Source: an uncultured Chloroflexia bacterium
GTDB taxonomy: Bacteria > Chloroflexota > UBA6077 > JACCZL01
Direction of reading: 5' to 3'
Assembly (NCBI GenBank): GCA_963765765.1
Contig: CAVXYC010000023.1
Span: 160,001-224,000 of the forward strand
DNA: 64,000 bases
Part shown: positions 9,244 to 19,338 of the stretch, piece by piece
Position numbering within the stretch: the stretch's first letter is position 1
Layout: the number at the start of each line of letters is the position of its first letter
Notes under the pieces: model-generated
Database searches by the model: none
Told to the model about the DNA's origin: nothing
What the model saw: only the letters and a program-made list of their open reading frames with translations
Program-made: the position numbers and the translations under genes

Positions 9244-11442
9244 ATGACCATCGCTGATTCTCGGGCATCGTTGCTCGGGACGTTGCGGGCTGTGGCGCCC
9301 ACGCGATCCACGGACATGTCCGCCGCGTCCGCTCGCGTAGCCATGGTCGCGTTGTGTCTGGCTGCGCTGGTGCTGCAGGGCGGGCTGCTACAGCCCAAGA
9401 CGTGGTTCTGGACCGGCGACATGATCTACCACCATGCGCTCATGGCTGAGATCCAGGCTGGCGAGCTCATGCCGGGCGGCCCGTACCCAGGAATGCCGGC
9501 CTTTTATTCACCATTGCTGCACTGGATGTCGGCCGGCATTGGCTTACTTACCGGCGTTCGCATTACGGAGGCGATTCGAATCGTCTCGATTCTGTTTGCG
9601 CCGCTTCTTCCTCTGGCAACGTACTGGTCGGCCCGCTCGCTGGGACTTGACCGGGCAGTCTCCATTGTCGGCGCGGTGCTCGCGACATTCGCCGGCGGGT
9701 GGAAGACCACTGAGGACCGAGTCTGGGTGGACTCACTCTTTGTTGGCCAGCACAATTTCTTCCCGACGTTTCCGAGAGACATCGCATTCATGCTGCTGCC
9801 GCTGGGATTGGTGTGCGTTTACCGAGCGGTGGTTCATGATTGGCGTCCAGGCGCGTGGCTGGCTGGAATCGCGTTTGCGTTGATGGTGCTCGCGCACACG
9901 CAAACCGCCGTGTTCGCCGCACCGCTCCTAGCGCTTTACCTGGGCCTGCTCTTCATGATGCGGCCGGACTTGCTCGGGCGAATGCTTCGAGTAAGCGTGA
10001 TCACCAGTGCGCTCACCGCCGGGCTTTCGGCCTTCTGGTGGGTCTGGGAGCTTCAGGCGATTATGGCCAGCCAATCTTTCAGCGTGGAGATGCCGGCGTA
10101 TCGCGTGCCGATCAAACTCAGCCTGGCCGAGTTCCCGATGGAGTTCGGCCTCATTCTCCTGCTCGGGCCGCTGGGCATCTTCATGACCGCCCGCCAGCTC
10201 ATTCGACACAAGGACCCATCGTCCCTGCTACTACTCGTCTGGTGGACTGCGCCCGTGTTGCTGGCAATCCTTCGGCCCAGCGGATTCCCGGGCGGCGACA
10301 CGTTTTTTCCGCGCCGACTCTGGCAGTTTGCCTCGCAACCGCTCGTGCTCATGGCCGCCTTTGCACTGGTGTGCGGCGTGCTACCCGCGTTCCGACTTCG
10401 CGGAGTTGCGGCCGTGAGTCTCGTCGCGGCCGTCTGTTTGGTATCCACGCTCCCCGCGTCTCGCGGCACCTGGGATCGGATTGCTCAATTCTGGAATGAG
10501 CCGGAGTTCGTGGACCAGGAATGGGATTTGAACGGAAATTTCGCCGTTGGTCCCTGGCTGGCGCACGAGGCACGCGCTCATGGACCTGCTACGGTGCTAT
10601 CTCCAGTTACCGAAGCAACCCTCGTCTGGTATGAGGCTGGACAGAAGGTCGTCTATCTGCATCGAACGGCGGCGATCAAGCTTGCTTTTGACGTGGCACG
10701 CTTGAGCGGATTTGGTGAGACCGAGCGCCAGACTGACGTCACTCACGCGTATTCCGGTGACCCAGCAGAGCTTGCTAATACCGCATTGAAATATGATTCG
10801 CGGTATCTGCTCGTGAAACAGTCGGGGGAGCGCCTCGCTGGAATCGATCTTCCAGCGCGTGGCCTCGTGCCTGCTGGTGACGGCCGTGGAGTTGGTCGGC
10901 TCACCACGTCAAATCACTACGAGTTTCTGGCAATGGGTGCTGGCGATCAGGCGCGCTTCTCGATCTGGAGTCCGTCCGATCGAACCGCGGATTTCCTGCT
11001 ACGGGTCAAGAGGCGTGGTCGCGGTCCGACATCGCCCGGCGCGATGTCGGTGAACGGTGCCGATTTGCCAATGACGGACGCCGAGCTCCCGCGCGATGAC
11101 TGGGCGGATGTGCGCCGAACGGTGTCGCTGAGAAGCGGCTGGAACGATGTGGAGATACGCGCCACCCAGCAACTCGAGGTGTTGCGACTGACTGGGTACT
11201 CGCTTTTGGCGAGCGATCTCCCGAGCGGCTGGCCCATGGTCTACGAGGATGGGTATTACGCGGTGCTCTCACCGTCCACCAGCGCCGCGGAAACCCCATC
11301 CTTCTTTGGACTGGGACGATCTTCGCCGCTTTCTCGCGAGGCTGGAAGCCTACGTCCGTTTCTCTCCGCTCGGTATGAAAGCGGCGAAGACGGACTCAGT
11401 CGAAAGACAGAGCTTGAATCCATTCCAGGTGACTCAGTGTGA
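9244..11442 (+). CDS. Multi-pass membrane protein, probable GT-C glycosyltransferase with C-terminal soluble beta domain
   Basis: GD..YH motif after TM1, FYSPLLH, many TM segments and an RR motif. Start moved past the REPIN that the ORF track includes. Confidence 0.6.
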   Translation: MTIADSRASLLGTLRAVAPTRSTDMSAASARVAMVALCLAALVLQGGLLQPKTWFWTGDMIYHHALMAEIQAGELMPGGPYPGMPAFYSPLLHWMSAGIGLLTGVRITEAIRIVSILFAPLLPLATYWSARSLGLDRAVSIVGAVLATFAGGWKTTEDRVWVDSLFVGQHNFFPTFPRDIAFMLLPLGLVCVYRAVVHDWRPGAWLAGIAFALMVLAHTQTAVFAAPLLALYLGLLFMMRPDLLGRMLRVSVITSALTAGLSAFWWVWELQAIMASQSFSVEMPAYRVPIKLSLAEFPMEFGLILLLGPLGIFMTARQLIRHKDPSSLLLLVWWTAPVLLAILRPSGFPGGDTFFPRRLWQFASQPLVLMAAFALVCGVLPAFRLRGVAAVSLVAAVCLVSTLPASRGTWDRIAQFWNEPEFVDQEWDLNGNFAVGPWLAHEARAHGPATVLSPVTEATLVWYEAGQKVVYLHRTAAIKLAFDVARLSGFGETERQTDVTHAYSGDPAELANTALKYDSRYLLVKQSGERLAGIDLPARGLVPAGDGRGVGRLTTSNHYEFLAMGAGDQARFSIWSPSDRTADFLLRVKRRGRGPTSPGAMSVNGADLPMTDAELPRDDWADVRRTVSLRSGWNDVEIRATQQLEVLRLTGYSLLASDLPSGWPMVYEDGYYAVLSPSTSAAETPSFFGLGRSSPLSREAGSLRPFLSARYESGEDGLSRKTELESIPGDSV

Positions 11443-13119
11443 TCGCCAGTGAGCACATTCCGCGGAATCGTCCGCGGTTTCCTCGACTCGCGGCGATCCA
11501 CTGGTTAGATGCTGTTGTCGTCGCGCTGATCCTGGCGTATATCGTCGCACTCATCCCCGGGCTCACACGCTGGCCCGCTCTGATCAACGACGAGGGCCGT
11601 GAGGCGAATATCTTCTGGGCTGCCACGGGAGCCGATCCCTCGGCAGAGCGTATGAACGCGCATCGAGGCTTCCCCACGTGGGGCAATGGCGGGATCCAGG
11701 GCTTTACGGCCGGGCTGATTTTCCGAGCGGCGGGTGTCGGAGTCTTTCAGGCTCGACTCACCTCACTTCTGTGGGCGGCGGGCTTGCTGCTGGCAACGTA
11801 CGCCCTGGGTCGCTACTACTGGGGGCGGGCTGCCGGGCTGGCAGCCGTAATTCTGCTGGCTGTCTCCGACCCATTTCTAGTCTCCAGTCACACGCTTCGT
11901 CCGGACGTTCAGGTCATCACGCTCGTACTCGCGTCGGTACTACTTGCCGAAATTGCCGTCGCTCGATCTCAACCCCGGTGGATGCTTCTGGCAGGGTATC
12001 TGCTGGGCCTCGCGTTCGACGTGCATCCCAACACCCTGGGACTCATGCCCATGGTTGGCGCTGTGTTGCTTGTTCGCCAGGGCTGGGGATTCTGGCGCCA
12101 GCCGCACATTCGGTTCTTGATCGTGGGGCTGGTCCTGGCGGCAGCTCAATATCTGTTGTTCCGCTTTGTTCCCGACCCCGGCGGCTTCATCGCCGGGCTG
12201 CGTTACTGGGTGGGTGTGGATAAGGCGCCACCAGCAGGGCGAGAAGGTGGGGGATTTGGAGCGTTGCTCGGCAACGAGCTGGCGCGCTACTGGGACTACT
12301 TCGGTGAAGAGCAGCTCGAGCTGGCCCTCGTCGCGGTCGGCGTGCTGGCCGCGCTCGTGTGGGCCGCCCGGGGTGATCGCGGCTCACGCGTGATCCTGCT
12401 GGGCCTGGTTGCCGCGTTTGTCTTCTTCGTGGTCGCGGTAAGCACGAAGTCCAAGTACTACATGCTGCTGACCTACCCGTTTTACATGCTTTTTGTTGGG
12501 AAACTGATTCAGGATGTTTCGTTCGGGTGGATTTCGAGGGCGAGACCCCACTCCAGCCCTCCCGCGTGGCGGGGAGGGGGCTAGGGAATTGACGAACCGC
12601 CCCTCCCTGCCACGCGGGGAGGGCTGGGGTGGGGTCTCCTCGTTCCTTAGCTCAACTTCCGCCAAATCGTTCGTGCTCGCCAGCGGCGTGTTCGTCATTC
12701 TCACGTCTCTAGCTGCCTACTACCCGCTCAAAGTCGAGGATCGCGCCTGGGAGAACTACATCCGCGCGCGACGATATCGCGCGGGGCAGGAGTACACGCA
12801 GCTCACCGCGCGACTGGATGAGCTTGCTGGCCCAGGGGCGCGCATCCTCGCGCCACCCGTGTATTGGATAGGTCTCAAAGAGCACCCCTACACCGACATC
12901 TACGTGTTCGAGCGCCTCTCGCGGCAAATGAACATGACGCCTGCGCAGTTTCTCGAGGAGACTCGTCCGGACATCGTGATCACCGATGCGAAGATCGCCA
13001 CAGACCGGCGTGTGGAGCGGCTGCTATACAACGAGCTCGACGCACGGTCGAAATTCGAGCTCGTGGTTCGACACAAGAACTACGGCGACGTGGCGATCTA
13101 CCGACTGACTTGGAATTAG
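11439..13119 (+). CDS. ArnT/PMT-like (GT-C) glycosyltransferase; frameshift and palindromic insert near 12540-12640
   Basis: DE motif after TM1 (INDEG), ARLTS, RPD and KYY motifs; the C-terminus continues in ORF 12514-13119. Confidence 0.72.
12542..12638. repeat. Intragenic REP-like inverted repeat
   Basis: GAGACCCCACTCCAGCCCTCCCGCGTGGCGGGGAGGGG pairs with CCCCTCCCTGCCACGCGGGGAGGGCTGGGGTGGGGTCTC. Confidence 0.85.
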
Positions 13120-13131
13120 CCTCAGGTCCGC

Positions 13132-13626
13132 TTAGCGTGGATGATTGGTCAGCAGCCGTAGCTCCTCTCGCACAAGCCGATCGAGCTCCGCGTGCAGCTT
13201 GATGGCGCGCTCGGCTACCTCGTTGATGGCATCTGCTGAGATGAACTGGGACTGTGGTCGGTGCTGGCCATTGCGCACGGATGCATCCGGCCGCAGGATG
13301 CGAGCTTCACCGTTCGAGTCCGCCCGCCAGGCCGAATGAATAACATCGTTCCTATCGTCGCGAAGCCGATTGGCGTCATCGAACAACGTGTCCAGGCGTT
13401 GCAGAAGCGCGGGATTGTGGCCGCGGCGCTTGATCTCGCGGCGACAGAGCGACTCGAATGTCTGCAGCGATTCGTAGAACGAAAACTTGGAAGTAACGAT
13501 CTGGCCCACCTGTCGGTCGCTGGAGATCATCTCGCCGATAATGTTTCGGAGATACTGCTCTAGGGCGGCGACATTCACGGTCACTCGTCCAAGCGCGCAC
13601 AAATGCTCATCGGTGAGAATGCTCAC
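13132..13626 (-). CDS. Hypothetical helical protein
   Basis: 164-aa ORF with GGAGG RBS; ALGRV...LE and RNDVIHS motifs (RxxxxH, HEPN-like). Confidence 0.65.
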   Translation of the reverse strand: MSILTDEHLCALGRVTVNVAALEQYLRNIIGEMISSDRQVGQIVTSKFSFYESLQTFESLCRREIKRRGHNPALLQRLDTLFDDANRLRDDRNDVIHSAWRADSNGEARILRPDASVRNGQHRPQSQFISADAINEVAERAIKLHAELDRLVREELRLLTNHPR

Positions 13627-13687
13627 ATGTCCTCCGTCTTCACGCCGCGATGTATTCGCATCGTACGCCTAGAGTCTTAGATTTAGT

Positions 13688-14342
13688 ATGCCCATCCGCG
13701 CGCTGATCTTTGACTTTGACGGGCTCATTCTCGATACGGAGACTCCGGATCTCATGGCCTGGCAGGAAATCTTTGCCGAGCACGAGCTGGAGCTGGACCA
13801 CGCTTTCTGGTGCCAGTTCGTGGGACGCCACGGGGGCATGCTCGATGTCGTTGCGCATCTGGAACAGCTCGTGAGCATCGGCCTGGATAGCGAAATCATC
13901 CTGACTCGTCGACGTGAGCGCTGCATGGAGATGATCTACGCGCTGGGTCCGCGGCCAGGGGTGGAGCGCTGGTTGCTGGATGCACAAGCGGAATCAGTGC
14001 GGTGCGCTGTTGCATCTAGCTCATCGCTCGTTTGGGTGGAAGGACACCTCGAGCGGCTGGGTCTTGCTGCAGCATTTTGCAGGCGTACGATGTCGTGACC
14101 ACGTGACTCGAACCAAGCCCGATCCCGATGTCTATCTCGCGGCCATCGAGTGCCTCGGTGTTGCCGCCGACGAAGCGATAGCAATCGAGGATTCTCCGCA
14201 CGGTGTCACGGCTGCTAAAGCGGCCGGGCTCTTCTGCATCGCGGTGCCCAATGAAGTCACCCGCCCGCTGGACTTTCGTCACGCGGACATGGTGGTGGAG
14301 TCGCTGGATCAGGTAGCGCTACGCGACGTACTTGATCGCTAG
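13688..14342 (+). CDS. HAD family hydrolase (beta-PGM-like); frameshift near 14075
   Basis: FDFDGLILDTE and VASSS in one frame; KPDPDVY and IEDSPHGVTAA in the next. Confidence 0.85.
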
Positions 14343-14381
14343 CCTTTGCGCCGTCACGCGGACAAGGCACTTATGGGACGT

Positions 14382-15410
14382 CTAGCTCATTCCGACACCG
14401 AGATTTGCCCGCCAGACCATCTCCACGCGCGCCATATCTACCTCAGAGAGCGGTCCCGCGCCGGATGCTTGCACGAGCTCTTCCATCTGGTCGACCTCAG
14501 AGAACCCGCCCAGCACAGCCGTAACACCGCTCTTGGCAAGGATGAAGCGATACGTCGCTTGCGCCAACGAGTGCTCGCCAGGGCGCGAAAGGAAGCTGAA
14601 GGAGGCCGACTGATCGCGGAGACGCTGCGCTTCAGGTGAATCTGCGGCGCGTCGGACCGTTGCCAGCGGATGGCTGGGATTTCCGGCGATAGCCGTGTCG
14701 GTCAGGGCGCCACTGTTGAGCGGACTATAGATCGCAACGCCAGCGCCACTTAACTCGGCTTCGTCGATGACCTCTTCCCAGTCGGTCACGTCCAGACCAC
14801 GAGGCTTGGGGTAGCCAGCGGTTGGGTTCATGAGATGGTAAGAGACGTTGAGAATATCGAAGACACCGAGATCCAGCAGACGGCGCACCGGTCCGATGCC
14901 GTCGCCACGGCAAATGAAGCCGATTGCCCGCGCCTTGCCCTGTCGCATCACGCGCTCCAGGCCCTCCAGGGCGCCATTGGGGCGCAGGTAATCCTCAATG
15001 CCGATGCGGGCGTATACGCGCCCCTCGAGTTTTGGCGCGGGGTCCACCGGAGCGTTGTGGATTTGCAGAACGTCGACATAATCGACACCGAGCCGCTCCA
15101 GGCTTGCGTCCACCGAGCGAACTACATGGCCGGCGATATCGTCCAGATTCTCGGCGCGAATCTCTACCTTGGTGTTCAAGAACGGGTGTACGTGAAGCTC
15201 GCGCAGAGCTCGGCCCAGGTTGGTTTCCGCGTCGCCGTCGCCGTAGTCGGGCGAGTTGTCGAAATAGTTGATGCCAAGCTCGATGGCCCGGGCAATCGTG
15301 TCCCGCTGCTCGGTTGGCGTTCCTCGCACCATCAGTCCGGCGTTGCCGCCGCAGCCGAACCCGATTTCCGAAATGCGAATCCCGGTTGTTCCTATTTCTC
15401 GGTATTCCAT
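14382..15410 (-). CDS. Aldo/keto reductase
   Basis: ISEIGFG, FDNSPDYG and SLERLGVDYVDVLQIH motifs. Confidence 0.9.
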   Translation of the reverse strand: MEYREIGTTGIRISEIGFGCGGNAGLMVRGTPTEQRDTIARAIELGINYFDNSPDYGDGDAETNLGRALRELHVHPFLNTKVEIRAENLDDIAGHVVRSVDASLERLGVDYVDVLQIHNAPVDPAPKLEGRVYARIGIEDYLRPNGALEGLERVMRQGKARAIGFICRGDGIGPVRRLLDLGVFDILNVSYHLMNPTAGYPKPRGLDVTDWEEVIDEAELSGAGVAIYSPLNSGALTDTAIAGNPSHPLATVRRAADSPEAQRLRDQSASFSFLSRPGEHSLAQATYRFILAKSGVTAVLGGFSEVDQMEELVQASGAGPLSEVDMARVEMVWRANLGVGMS

Positions 15411-15489
15411 CTCACGCTCACTTCATAGAAAATGGTCGCTGACCCGCGATGATCCTACATGATCCCGCCGCGTTCTGGACTTCAGTGAC

Positions 15490-15927
15490 ATGCCGAATGC
15501 GCCGATGAGCAACCGAGCGCGGCCCCCTCTATTCGTCTACGGGACACTGGGCGATCCGCGGATCCAGCAGGCGCTCTTTGGACGCCAGATAAGCGGGGTC
15601 TCTGCGAGACTTTCAGGTTGGGCGGTGTACTGCTCCGATGCCGACGGATTTCTCTTTATCAAGCCGAATGCTGAGGGCACGGTGGCCGGTGTGATCATCT
15701 CTCTGGATGAGCGCGAGCTAGAAATCGCGGATGCCTGGGAGGATGTACCGCTCTATCACCGCGAGATCGTGTCAGTAATGTCGGAAGCCGGTGACTGTGA
15801 GGTCTGGACTTATACGCGCCGCGAAGCGCTTGGGCGGCTGCATGAGAATGATTCGACCAGTGGTCACCCGCACAAGGAGGTACTCACCATGGCTCTGGCG
15901 CTGCGGGCGGAGATGGACACGCGGTGA
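15490..15927 (+). CDS. Gamma-glutamylcyclotransferase (AIG2-like) family protein
   Basis: LFVYGTL motif and D.WE...Y.R. Confidence 0.8.
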   Translation: MPNAPMSNRARPPLFVYGTLGDPRIQQALFGRQISGVSARLSGWAVYCSDADGFLFIKPNAEGTVAGVIISLDERELEIADAWEDVPLYHREIVSVMSEAGDCEVWTYTRREALGRLHENDSTSGHPHKEVLTMALALRAEMDTR

Positions 15928-16017
15928 GATGGTTGCGAATAGAGATTGCTTTTATCGATTCGATTGGCGCCGGTGTCTGGCAATCACCGTGATCCGTGTG
16001 CTTCAGGGAGACAGTGA

Positions 16018-16506
16018 ATGAGCAACAGATGGAAGAAGGGCCGCGGGAAGCTTGGTGTGCTTAAGCCATTGCTCGGCCAGTGGCAGACGCGCGCCGAATC
16101 GGACCTCGGTCCCGTTCGGTGCACGCGCATCTTCGAGCCGGTCATGGCAGGTAGCTTCGTCCACCTGAGGGCGCGCTGGGAGTACGGTGACGCATCCAGC
16201 GGCCAGACTCGAAAGCCATATGAGGAGATCGCGCTGATTGGGATGGGAGATGACGGGACGGTCACGTTCTGGTCATTCACGTCCGATGGCAAACGCTCCG
16301 TCGGTCGACTGGCTGACGTCAGCGACTGTCACCCCGAGGCCATCGGCTTCGAAGCCCAGATGCCTGCCGGCCTGGCACGCATGGTCTACTGGCCGGCCGA
16401 GGACGATGGCTTTATCTGGGTAGTTGAGGCAAGGAACGCCAAGGGCTGGTCGCGGTTTCTGGAGCATCATTACCGTCCGCTCGGCAAACAGGGCGACCTC
16501 CGCTAG
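16018..16506 (+). CDS. Hypothetical beta-barrel protein
   Basis: 162-aa ORF with RBS; LKPLLGQW and FWSFTSDG motifs. Confidence 0.7.
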   Translation: MSNRWKKGRGKLGVLKPLLGQWQTRAESDLGPVRCTRIFEPVMAGSFVHLRARWEYGDASSGQTRKPYEEIALIGMGDDGTVTFWSFTSDGKRSVGRLADVSDCHPEAIGFEAQMPAGLARMVYWPAEDDGFIWVVEARNAKGWSRFLEHHYRPLGKQGDLR

Positions 16507-16632
16507 GAATTCAATAGCGCGAGCGGCGTGCTGCCATGGCAAGGAGTCCGAGCCGGGGCGCTTGTTGTTTTGACCTTCCGCCAAAGAGGACCCCTGGAAA
16601 TCGCGCAATAGGTAATCGAGCAAATGCTTAAA

Positions 16633-16647
16633 TGGTATGCTGGCATA
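16633..16647 (+). promoter_or_regulatory. Extended -10 and palindromic operator of vapBC
   Basis: TGGTATGCT 8 nt before the ATG, overlapped by the palindrome TATGC-TG-GCATA. Confidence 0.5.
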
Positions 16648-16649
16648 TC

Positions 16650-16874
16650 ATGAAGCGTACGACGATCAAGTTGCCTGATGATGTGGATGCGAAGCTCCGG
16701 AACGAGTCGGCGCGACGCGGCGTAAGCATTTCAGAGCTTACGCGGGAGGCGATTGAAGCGCATCTCGGGGTAACTTCACGGCGCAAGTTTCTCTCGGCAG
16801 GCTCAGGTCACAGCGGTGAGCTCGACATCTCAGAGCGAATTGAGGAAATTCTCGGTGAGGAGCTAACTAAATAG
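16650..16874 (+). CDS. vapB: Ribbon-helix-helix (CopG-like) antitoxin
   Basis: MKRTTIKLPD...GVSISELTREAI; directly upstream of a PIN gene. Confidence 0.85.
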   Translation: MKRTTIKLPDDVDAKLRNESARRGVSISELTREAIEAHLGVTSRRKFLSAGSGHSGELDISERIEEILGEELTK

Positions 16875-17287
16875 CGCTCATAGTCGATGCAGGACCGCTC
16901 TATGCTCTCATCGACGCGGATGACAAATGGCACGCCGCTTGTCGCGAATTGCTCGAGACTCACGATGGTCCGCTTATCGTGCCTCAGCTCGTTATCACTG
17001 AAGTAGCGTATCTTCTCGGGACGCGACTGGGGCCGTCGGTGGAGGTCCGCCTTCTTGGAGACTTCGCCAGCGGAGCATTTATCGCGGAGCCAATCCAAGC
17101 CAGTGATTGGCTCCGAATTGCCGAGCTCGTCTCGAAATACCGGGATCTACCGTTAGGAACCGTTGACGCTGCAGTGATAGCAAGTGCCGAGAGACATGGC
17201 GAGAAGGAAATAGCCACGCTCGACCGTCGGCATTTCGCGATCGTTCGACCAAGGCATGTCGACGCATTTCATCTGTTGCCTGACTAA
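16871..17287 (+). CDS. vapC: PIN-domain toxin; apparent start codon is ATA
   Basis: Reads (I)ALIVDAGPLYA...VITEVAY...VDAAVIA...TLDRRHF. The frame opens at ATA 16871 right after an in-frame TAA. Confidence 0.85.
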   Translation: MALIVDAGPLYALIDADDKWHAACRELLETHDGPLIVPQLVITEVAYLLGTRLGPSVEVRLLGDFASGAFIAEPIQASDWLRIAELVSKYRDLPLGTVDAAVIASAERHGEKEIATLDRRHFAIVRPRHVDAFHLLPD

Positions 17288-17307
17288 CACGGCGCTTCGC
17301 GCCGAGT

Positions 17308-18459
17308 TTAGAGCCCCAGTCCGGCTCCAACGAGTCTCCCGAGACTGAAGGTCACGGCCGCGGCGGCGAGACCGAAGGCCACCTGGCGGATGCCGGAGCC
17401 GAGTGGCTGGCGGCCGGTGAACAGCGTGATGCCAGCGCCGATGACGAATAGAGCCACGGCGCTGGCGATAGCGCTGGCAACCACGGCACTGATGCCCCCC
17501 AAGAATACGTAAGGCAGCACGGGAATAATGGCGCCAATGGCAAACAGCACGAATGACGTCATTGCCGCGGTCCAGGCAGAACCGCCCAGACTCCCCGGGT
17601 CAATGCCCAGCTCCTCGCGCGCAAGGGTGTCCAGGGCCGTGTCGGGATTGGAGATGATCTGCGTCGCCATGGCTTTTGCCTGTGACGGCCCCAGGCCCTT
17701 TGCCAGATAGATCAGCTCCAGCTCCTGGCGCTCCTCATCCGGGATCTCCTCCAGCTCGGACTTCTCCATACTGAGCTGGCGCTCGTAAAGCTCGCGCGAG
17801 CTCTGCACCGAAAGCCATTCCCCCAACGCCATAGACACGGCGCCGGCCAGCATTCCGGCGAGGCCCGTGAATAGCACTTCCTGGCGACCAAGCGTAGCCC
17901 CAGCCACTCCCATCACCAGACTGAGGTTGGATACGAGGCCGTCGTTGGCGCCGAGCACAGCGGCGCGTAGCGCATTACCGCCTCCAGCGCGATGCCGTCT
18001 CTCGACCTGAGCCACGGACGGACCGGAGAGACCTGATCGGCCGCCGTGCGCGATGTGACGGAATATCCGCGCGTGTGAGCGCTCGTCCTTGTCCATACCC
18101 AGGGCGCGCGCATCTTGCTGCGATTCGTAGGCGATACTTCCGCCCGATTCCATGCCTTGCACCAGGGGCAGGATCAGGCCCACGCCGAACTTTCGAGCCA
18201 GCCAGCCGATGAATCGAACCTTGGAGCTGGGCTGGATCGTTGATACGTCCTGGCCAGCCTCCCCGAGCTTGCGTCTCCAAAGCCTGGCGTGGCCTTCTTC
18301 GGCTATCGCCAGTCGGTGATACACGATAGACAGCTCGGCTTGCGGATCGGCGTCGGCCAGCATTCGATACAGCGCTGCACCGTCAGTCTCGTTCTGGAGA
18401 TTGTCCCGGTAGCGCTCTATGTCCTTCTTGCTGGCTGTACGTATCAACTTCGTGCCCAC
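17308..18459 (-). CDS. Ferritin/rubrerythrin-like domain fused to VIT1/CCC1 transporter (MbfA-like Fe/Mn exporter)
   Basis: N-terminal EEGH and ERSH (ExxH) motifs; LRAAVLGANDGLVS and SMALGEWLSV. Confidence 0.9.
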   Translation of the reverse strand: MGTKLIRTASKKDIERYRDNLQNETDGAALYRMLADADPQAELSIVYHRLAIAEEGHARLWRRKLGEAGQDVSTIQPSSKVRFIGWLARKFGVGLILPLVQGMESGGSIAYESQQDARALGMDKDERSHARIFRHIAHGGRSGLSGPSVAQVERRHRAGGGNALRAAVLGANDGLVSNLSLVMGVAGATLGRQEVLFTGLAGMLAGAVSMALGEWLSVQSSRELYERQLSMEKSELEEIPDEERQELELIYLAKGLGPSQAKAMATQIISNPDTALDTLAREELGIDPGSLGGSAWTAAMTSFVLFAIGAIIPVLPYVFLGGISAVVASAIASAVALFVIGAGITLFTGRQPLGSGIRQVAFGLAAAAVTFSLGRLVGAGLGL

Positions 18460-18610
18460 GACGAACTGGTCATTGCGTTCACTCTACGCCGGAGCGAGCA
18501 GAAAAGTCGCCGGTGGGTCCACAGGCTGAATTGCAGCATTGTCGAGTCCCTAGCTTAGCGAGCTTGGAGGGCGATGCTCAGTATTTACCTAAACGCAGAA
18601 TCTGGACATA

Positions 18611-18640
18611 TTGACGCAATAGATTAGTGTGCACTAATAT
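18611..18640 (+). promoter_or_regulatory. Sigma70 promoter overlapped by palindrome ATTAGTGTGCACTAAT (DtxR/MntR-type)
   Basis: TTGACG-N18-TAATAT; 16-bp palindrome at 18623-18638 with a TTAG-N6-CTAA core. Confidence 0.65.
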
Positions 18641-18819
18641 CGGGCAGTCGCATGTGCGAATTGGACGGGCGGCGCGCCGAACCGCGGTTGGTCCTCGCGA
18701 TGCGGAACCAGCTTTTGTGTCCACCTTGGAGCTTCGGCTTCGATTCCCGCGGGGGAGATTGATGTCATGACATTCATCGCTGACCTACTTATCCTTTCAC
18801 CCTCAACGCTGTTATTCGA

Positions 18820-19338
18820 GTGGTCGACATGGCATCGATGATGTTCGGCACAGTCTGTCGTCTCGAGGTGCGCGAGGTTCGACCATCCCTCATCGAGTCG
18901 CTGCCCGCCACCGTTGTGCTGACAACCGGAGCTCATAGCCATGGCCCATCGCTCGGCCTGTCGATTTCCAACTCCGATGCTCACGCCCTCGTTCACGAGC
19001 TGGCCGGCCGCGCCACGTTACGACGACAGTCTCTTCAGTTTGCAACACGGCTTGCAGACTCGCTCGGCTGCGCTCTGCAGTCCGTTCGGCTCCACTCAAT
19101 TGCTCCCGGCGTGATCCGGGCCACCGTTCAGTGCTCGCAGAATGGTCGCCCAATCGACATTCCGGCAGAGCCGTGTCAGTGCCTCACGCTGGCGATTGTG
19201 AACGACCTGCCGATTTTCTTCGACGGGGAGCTCGAGGACGATCTGGATCAAGCTCACGCTCACGCCGAAGGCTCGCTGGACAACTGTCTCGTAGAGCATC
19301 GAGACGGAGCCTTCCGGACTCATCAGGGGGCGGTGTGA
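18820..19338 (+). CDS. Divergent bifunctional nuclease (DUF151)-like protein
   Basis: Layout VVL...L.ISI..DAHAL...V.L....GVI.A...I.AEP...L.LAI...PIF resembles DUF151; the RPSDA motif is degenerate. Confidence 0.5.
   Translation: MVDMASMMFGTVCRLEVREVRPSLIESLPATVVLTTGAHSHGPSLGLSISNSDAHALVHELAGRATLRRQSLQFATRLADSLGCALQSVRLHSIAPGVIRATVQCSQNGRPIDIPAEPCQCLTLAIVNDLPIFFDGELEDDLDQAHAHAEGSLDNCLVEHRDGAFRTHQGAV

Noticed and set aside
18640-18820. Cobalamin riboswitch before the ABC operon
   Set aside because: No GGGAA, GCCCCCGC or GCCACTG B12-box elements were found.
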